DNA of 64,000 nucleotides from NCBI GenBank assembly GCA_025594325.1, contig JANHCV010000004.1, positions 744,001 through 808,000 of the forward strand, in the 5' to 3' direction. The position numbers and the translations under genes were made by a program. The notes under the pieces are model-generated. The model did not search any database and was not told the origin of the DNA. It saw nothing but the letters and a program-made list of their open reading frames with translations. The DNA is from Blastocladiella emersonii ATCC 22665 (Eukaryota > Fungi > Blastocladiomycota). Positions 57,281-64,000 of the stretch are shown here, piece by piece. Each line of letters starts with the position of its first letter. The stretch's first letter is position 1.

Positions 57281-57314
57281 CGACGCGTCTCGAGACGCGC
57301 TGCGAGACGCGTCG
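57281..57314. repeat. Nested palindrome CGACGCGTCTCG-N10-CGAGACGCGTCG
   Basis: 12 bp inverted arms containing a perfect 16 bp palindrome at 57284-57299. Confidence 0.85.
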
Positions 57315-57564
57315 AACAGTCATGTGACCGCGCGCTTCTGTAATCGAACCGATGGCGGCGGTGCGGCCAATGTTCTTGATATTATACTTGAGGCACCCAA
57401 ACGCTTCGCGTTTGGTTTTCAATCGAGGGCTAAAGCCCCGCCATGTATGGTGCACAACTGGTGGAGGTGCTGTCCCGCGCGTCCCGCACAGGAGATTTAG
57501 GTGATCGAGCTATGGAAATCGTGCTATTGACGGATTAGATGATGGAATACACTACGTTAATACT

Positions 57565-60513
57565 CTACTGTGTTTTCTGTTTCTTGGCGTTCTGTGAGCC
57601 GTCCTCGCCTCCAGCACGTTTCTTGGCCAATCGCCAAAACCTTGCGTTGAGAGCATCTGACGCGCGCTTGGCGACTAGCTTCTCAGCCGCGTGCTGGCGC
57701 GAGAAGAGAATCGCGTCGTCGAAGAGTTTAGCGATGCGCGGGTCGCCTGGCGCGATGGCTGTACCTTGATCGAAAGCGGTCTTGGTCAGCTCGTCGAGCA
57801 TCTGGAGCCGCGCGCGCTTGTCCTCGACCACTGCGAGTGGATCCTGCTTCATGGACTTGAGCACGGCTCTTGGGATCGGCTGAAGCACCCATAGGTACTT
57901 TGAGCGACGAAGCCGCGATAACGCCACGTACAGGGAAGCGCCGCTGATGAGACGCTCCATGCCCGCGGGACGCGGATCTGCCAGGGCGATGGCGTTCTTG
58001 GTCACGCCTTGAACCCCGTGGACCGTCATGGCGAAGGCTAGCACCATCGGGTACTGCTCGATGTGCGCGACGACATGATTAGGATACTTGCTCCTGTTGG
58101 TCTTGGTGTTGTTGACACAGAGCGGGAGCGAATCCCCCGTTGTGCTGACGACTCGCTCTTGCGACGTGGAACCGCCCGCCATGTACAGGAAGTCCTTCTT
58201 CTCCACGGCAAGCGGGATGACCGTGTCAGGCCACGCGGCCGGCATGCCCGGGAAGCGAGGGCCACGAGGAGCGTCGGGCAGGTCGATCCACACGTTGAGT
58301 GGAGCGCAGGATGGCCGGTACATGTTGGACGCGGTTCGCGTGAACGTGGTCCCGGGCTTCCAGTCGATGTGGTGCACGACGCCAACCGCACCGTTCGCGC
58401 ACCCCTTTGCTACGCACTGGTTGGTCTTGACGCGTATCTCCGTTCCGACGAAGAGCTCGAGGATGGCCGGCAGTTCAGTCGCGGTTTCTGGCTCTCCTCC
58501 GAGGCGGAACACGTCCTTGTCGCAGACGGTGACGCGTTCACGCGTGCGGCGCCTATCACGCGGGCGCGTGATGTTGCCCTTGATCTGGAACACGATGCGG
58601 TTCGGGGTTGCTGCTGCGAGCCGCGTGTAGAGCAGGTTGAAGGCGTGGCGCGTGTGGTTGTCGAGCGCGATAACCCTGAGTCCGGGCTTCTTGAGGATCT
58701 CCTTGAGGACGTTGTTGCCGTTTTCGTCGACCTGCTGCTGAAGCTGAGCGGTCGTACGCGAGTTGATCAGGTCGCACAGCGTGTCCGACGCCTCGACGAG
58801 GCGGAGCGCGTCCATTTCGTTGCCCCATGGTGGGTCGTCGACAAATCGGTTGCTCTTCACTAGACGAACAGCGCGTGTAGTGCGCCAGTACGCGACCTGG
58901 CCTCGATCCACGTGCTCGGGGACCGTCAATTGATTTGACGTCATGCGCAGGTAGAACGAGTCCGGCGCGTCGTTGAGCACGGCGGGCACCTTGTACAGGG
59001 CAGTTCCGTTGACGGGAGGCAGCTGTAAATGATCGCCAGCGAGCATGACGATGCACCCGCCGAATGGTTCGTCGAACCGCCGCAGAAGGCGCATGTTCGC
59101 GTCGATACGGCTGAGTAAAGTCGCGTCGCACATGGAGAACTCGTCGATGACGACGCCGAGACGCCCTTTCCACGCGATGGCAACCGCAGGATCGGTACGC
59201 TGTTTTCTTTCGTCCTTAGCGAGAAAGAGAACGCGGCGTGGATGGTCGTACCGCCAATGTTGGCGGCCGCGATCCCGGTCATGGCCATGACCATGAGGCA
59301 CTTTTCCCGGTTCCAGGACGCGAGAAAGTATCGGATTGCATCGACGACGCGCGACTTGCCCGTGCCGCCCGAGCCGGTGAGGATGATCGGCGTCCGGTCC
59401 TTGCTCATGGGCGGGAGGGCCGCGGTGCCGACGACATGTTGGACGTCGTCGCGGCCCAACAGGATCACGTTCTGCTCGGCCGAGGCCGCAGCGTCTGCGA
59501 TACCCGCGTTGCCGCCGATGAAGGTGTCGATGAGCGGTGAGCTCGGCTTTTTCGCGATCGCGAAGCTCGCGGAACTCGCGAGCGCCGTCAAGGGTGAAGT
59601 AGTACTCCTGCGCGTACTTGAGATGGTCGAGCGCGGGGTGGCCAGGCTCGAGCGTCTCCTTGAACGCCTTGAACTTGCCGATCGCGGAGCCCTGCGCGTC
59701 GAGGATGTCGCTCAAGACGCGGAAGTGCTGGAGAAGCAGTAGCACCATGCGGCAGTACTTTTCCTCGGACCCAGCAACTTCGGCAAACTTGCGCGGGTCG
59801 GGGAGGTGCGGACCGGCAATTTTGGGCACTGCCTCGACGTCCTTCTTGCGCAGCTCGAACGTCTTGGCGAGCAGATGGTCGGCCATGAAGCAGAGCTTCG
59901 TGCCGGGCGGAATCTCGGCGCCGGGTTCGAGATCTGGTTGAGCGGGTTCCACACGGCCGCCGTCGGCCAGGACCTGGCGCATCTTCTTGGGCATGGCGAC
60001 GCGCGACCACGTGCGGACAAAGTCGTACCACGACAGCCGCTCGAGTTCGCCGGGCCGGAAGATGTAGTCGTGGAGCGCGACGTTTAGCATGGGCTTGCCG
60101 TCGACGTTAATGAGCGACGCGATGCACTCGACCTCCTCGTTGGTCGCCTCGCCGGCAGCGACGCCCGCGAGTTCGACCCACTTGATGCCCTGGTAGAGCA
60201 GCAGCGGCGCAGACTTGTGCGAGAAGATGCCCGCGGCCGACGTGTGCAGGAACAGGGCGGCCATGGTCTCGGGGACCTCCATGCAGTTCGCCGACATGTG
60301 GTACGCGAGCGAGAGGAGCTTCTTGTGCCCGCGCGAGAAGGCGTCGGGCTCGGCGTCGAAGCGCAGGTGCCGCGCCTTGTACGCGGCAATGATGGCGGCG
60401 TGATTCTCGATAATGTCGCGCGCCTTGGTCGAGTACTTGGTCACGTAGAACGCGACGATGGACGTGCCGAAAGACATGAGGAACCGTGCGTCCATGTTCG
60501 AGTGAATCATCAT
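57565..60513 (-). pseudogene. Helitron RepHel: end of the Rep domain plus a Pif1-family SF1B helicase; 5'-truncated, two compensating frameshifts
   Basis: Rep motif HSNMDARF...FYVTKYSTK. Walker A LTGSGGTGKS and MTGIAAANIGGTTIH lie in the alternative frame (about 59545-59230). VIDEFSM, FGG...LAGDHLQLPPV, QYPMVLAFAMTVHGVQG and YVALSRLR are also present. Confidence 0.9.
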
Positions 60514-60520
60514 CGGCTCG

Positions 60521-61588
60521 CAGTGGGTCTACGCGTACAAGGCCGCCAAGGACATCTTCAAGGCGCGCCTCGTCGCCGGGCCGGGTCGCAACCTCGAAGA
60601 CGCCGTCGTGGAGGCCGCCGGCCACGCGCGTCGCCCGGTCCGCCGCGCAGTACACGCAGCCGCAGGAGCCCAAGTACACGGGGCCGCCGACCCCGACGAC
60701 GCCAAGCACGGGTCCGGCTCGCGCGACGCTGACGGCACCGCCGCGCCGCGGTTCCTCTGCGACGTGAACGCGTCGGACTCGTCAGAATCCAACGACGACC
60801 CGGGCTTCCCCGGCGACGAGGCCTTCACCTCGGCAGGCGTGCCGCGCACGATGAAGGGCATGCGGGCCGAGCTCAACGAGGCCACGGAGGTGTACCACGA
60901 GTGCATGCGCGACGGCCGCGAGAACTTTGTCAACAACCTCGCCGCGCACCAGGCCGCCCGCGCCACGGCAAACGGCGTCGCATCGGGCGCCGCTGGTCAC
61001 GGTGTGTAGCAGGTCGCCGCCTTGATTGCCGCGGAACCCGCGGCGCAGCAGCTCACGATCCAGCAGCCCGTCGACATCTCGGCCGCCGTCGTCTCGCCCG
61101 CCGCGGCGCCCGTGACGCAGGAGCACGCGATCCAGCCGCCCGCTGTCGTGTCGCCCGCCATCAACTCGCCCGCCATCAACTCGCCCGCCAACACCAAGAA
61201 CGCCGGTGGCATGAACACCGGCACCAAGAAGTACGGCGGCTTCCCGAGCTGCGCGGACCCCATTTGGACGCACTCGTTCATCGCGATCGGCAGCATCGAC
61301 AAGATCGTCGTGGGGGTGCCGGACTCGAACTCCGTGTCGGTCGGGTGCGACATGGACGACGCGGTCGCAGCTGCGGCTCCGACAACCGCGGCGCTCGCGG
61401 CGTGCACGCCCGCCGCCATCGGTGATGACCAAGCCGGTGTCCCGACGTCTACCGCCAACGCGACGAAGCGCACGGCGGCGACCGCCGCCGCGGCCGCCGA
61501 GGAGGAGCACGAGGAGTGCGTCGTCAACGACGACCACGAGGCGCAGCCCAAGCGGCGCCGCAGCGGCCGCCTGTCCTCGTCGACCTAA
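60521..61588 (+). pseudogene. 5'-truncated cargo gene fragment inside the Helitron, opposite strand to RepHel
   Basis: Coding-like frames 60521-61009 and 61022-61588 abut the truncated RepHel head-to-head with no start codon or promoter space. Family not recognised. Confidence 0.5.
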
Positions 61589-62060
61589 TGCACTCGCTCC
61601 CGCCCCGACTCTGTTCATTCCCCTCGCACAGACTCGCGCAGACTCTTGTTTCCTCCCGCACAAAGATATACTTTTCGTTCTCCTACGTTCACATCGCTCC
61701 GATCCTCTTGAACTCAGAAGCTCGCGAAGGCACGCGAGTCGGTGCAACGCGCTCCGCTCGCCCTTGAGTGGTTGGCGCCGCGCGGCGCTTCCGCGGGTTG
61801 GGCCGAGGCCGATCACGTGCAAGGCCAGGACGCGTTGCGCCACAGCAGTCACATGAGAAACGACGCGTCTGTCACGCGTTTTCGGGTCGCTCACGTGCAT
61901 GGCGGTCACGTGAGCGTCGGCACCCTATCCGGCCGCGACGCGGTCTAAAAAGAGGGCTTTAGCCCTCGATCAAGAGTGCGCGGAGCACGACGCGTATCTC
62001 GAAGAGTCAGGCAGTGCATAGTCGCAAAGTCGGTCAAGTACATTTCGGAGGAACATCAAA

Positions 62061-63259
62061 TCACTGGCGCGAGTGCTTCGTCCGCTTCTGACCGACGCGC
62101 AGCAGGTCAAACAGCCGCGCGAGCTGCTTCTCGCGGCCGCGGCCCGGGGGCAGCCGCACCAGCTCGTCGAGTCCGATGAGCGCGACACGCGAGTTCGAGC
62201 ACCGCGCACCGAGCTCCTCAATCTTCCCGGCCAGACGCAGGGCAAGACCCACGAGCACGCCCTCGGTCGCGCCCTTGCACGCCGCCTCGAACGTCGGAGA
62301 CCGCGGAAACTGGCGCAGGCAGCCGAGGATGCGGTCGCTGAGGTCGCGCGGGTCGCGGAGCATCGGGCAGTCGACGGGCTGCTGCGGCGGCGGCGGGTTT
62401 TGACGGCTGGACTTGCTCGGCGACACGACGTGGGTGACGGCGGTGCAGTAGCGGCAGCCGATGTGGGAACACGCGGGGCGAAGCGTCGCGAGCGAGGATG
62501 GCGAGGCGACCGTCGCGGGAGCTGCTGCGGCCCTGGTTGATGGAGGTTTCGATGGCGCAGGGGTCCGCAGCTTGAGGCCGGGGAAGATGGTGCGAGTCGA
62601 CGGGGGAGGAGGGCCGTAGGGCAGCGTCGGGTCGATGGCGTCGTCGGCCGATAGCGTAGGCGGCGGAGACGCGGCGCGGGAAGGGACCGGCGTGTCGTCG
62701 GGGACGTCAATGACCTCGACCGGCGCCCTCTCGACACGCGGTGCGACATCGACCGACATGCCGGACGCGTCGTCGAGAGATTCGAGGATCTGGCTCGACG
62801 GCATGGCCGAGGACCCAGGTGGCGCAGTCGAGGTACCCGCCAACGATGGGTTGGACGCGCTATCGCTCGCCGGTTCTGCCGCGGCCGCCATAGTCGAGAC
62901 GCCCGAGTCCGGCTGCGGCTGTTCATCGGCCAGGAGCCCGTCGAGTATGTCCGAGACGTCGGGCGCGAGGCGCGCGGCGATGTTGCTCTCGATCAGCTTG
63001 CGCGTGCCGTACAGCTGGTGCCGCGACACGGCGACGTGGACCAGCATGTCGAGGAGCTGCCCGCGCTCGGCCACGTTCGCGGAGACGCAGGCCGACAGGT
63101 GCACGAGTTGGCGATCAGCGTCGTCGATGAGCGTGTGGCACGCGACCTCGGCGGCGCGCCAGTCGGCCAGAGTTTTGGGCGGCCCGATGCGCGAGAGGAA
63201 TGCCGAGAGCGCAGCAGGCTCGCTGTCTGTGCTGAGTGTCGTTGCAGTGTGTGAATTCA
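62061..63259 (-). CDS. Hypothetical protein (about 399 aa) with helical N-terminus, disordered middle and a CSHIGCRYC...H cluster
   Basis: Long ORF with ATG at 63259 and coding-like codon usage; no family recognised; the 3' end may be spliced differently. Confidence 0.6.
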
Positions 63260-63438
63260 TGGATGAGCGAGTGTCGCAAAGTCTGGCGAGGTGATGGAGA
63301 GAGAGCGTTGGCCGCCGAGACGACGACGCGAAGCGAAGCCACGCGATGTGGCGCGACGCGTCGCCGACCAACCTGTGCGACGTCGCGAACGGGTTTCCAC
63401 GTCGGCTCAAAATAGAGTTCTAGTGTTGTAAATCTTCA

Positions 63439-64000
63439 TCATATCTCTACTTCAGCACCATACACCTCACGCGCCTTGACCTTCCCCGCCTCGACCACGG
63501 CATCAACCGCATCATGGACAGCAGCGAGGTCCGTGAACTGCCGCGACGCGAACACGAGGTACTTCATGATGGCCACGGCGCGGTCGAGGAACCGCGACTC
63601 GACGAGCGCCACCACGTACGTCCGCACAAACTCGGCGTCCGTCGTGAGGTCCGCCACCGTCGCGTGCGCCGCCACGTGGTGGATCCAGTCGCGCAGGATC
63701 TGCCGCACCTGCGGGAGGTCACGCCGGCCCAGCAGCGCCGGCGAGTTTTGCGCGGGGAAGACGGGCCGGTGGCGCGTCGCAGCGGGGGTGGCCCGCGTGG
63801 GTGCGGGACGAGGTGGGGGTGCTTGCGCGGCGCGGAGCCGTTGCCGGATCTCGACGCGTTTGTCGTTGATTACCTCGTTGCGGATGTCTACAAGAAAGAG
63901 CGCGTGTCAGTCAGTCAGGTTTCGCTTTAGGTCTCGCGATGCTGAAAGTGTACCCTCGGGCAGCGCGGCGAGAAACTCACCATCGAGCTCCTGCTGCAGC
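63439..64000 (-). CDS. REV1: DNA repair protein Rev1, 3' end (UBM + C-terminal polymerase-interacting domain); the gene continues beyond the window
   Basis: Spliced D.EFLAALPE/DIRNEV (UBM) and L.G...L.QVRQILRDWI....D....Y...LVE...LD.....MKYL ... YGA.V.I* (Rev1 CTD). Confidence 0.85.

Larger units (their letters stand above)
57385..61972 (-). mobile_element. Helitron2/Helentron-type element, internally deleted (about 4.6 kb)
   Basis: 17 bp asymmetric inverted repeat ATCGAGGGCTAAAGCCC at 57422-57438 and 61954-61970; 8 bp stem hairpin CCAAACGC-TTC-GCGTTTGG at 57397-57415 just outside the 3' repeat; RepHel sequence inside. Exact termini are uncertain. Confidence 0.8.

Overview
Eukaryotic, very GC-rich DNA with short (~60-80 nt) GT-AG introns. 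A GH72 glucanosyltransferase marks it as fungal; RIIAD1-like, INPP4, EBP and TMEM164 genes point to an early-diverging, probably zoosporic lineage (inference). The 1-39 kb half is mostly housekeeping genes: INPP4, HHE hemerythrin, RAD17, TMEM164, RIIAD1-like, mitochondrial EF-P, GAS, NSA1, EBP, HSE1/STAM, BRF1 and a PH protein. It is interrupted by a 6.5 kb Mutator-like transposon (26029-32565) with 266 bp TIRs, a 9 bp TSD and a transposase apparently ending in a USP-like deubiquitinase domain. The 39-57 kb region is accessory. It holds a head-to-tail array of six copies plus one remnant of a two-exon gene family I cannot name. The proteins have an N-terminal F-box-like motif, a hypervariable acidic insert and a C-terminal domain with invariant CxxC and CxxH. 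Three copies are intact and the rest are decaying (stops, frameshift, an internal inversion). A divergent BTB-BACK-MATH-like gene follows the array. The window ends with a deleted Helitron2/Helentron-type element (17 bp asymmetric TIRs plus a 3' hairpin), an orphan ORF and the 3' end of REV1. No rRNA, tRNA or CRISPR was recognised. All splice models and family calls are by eye; no database searches were run.
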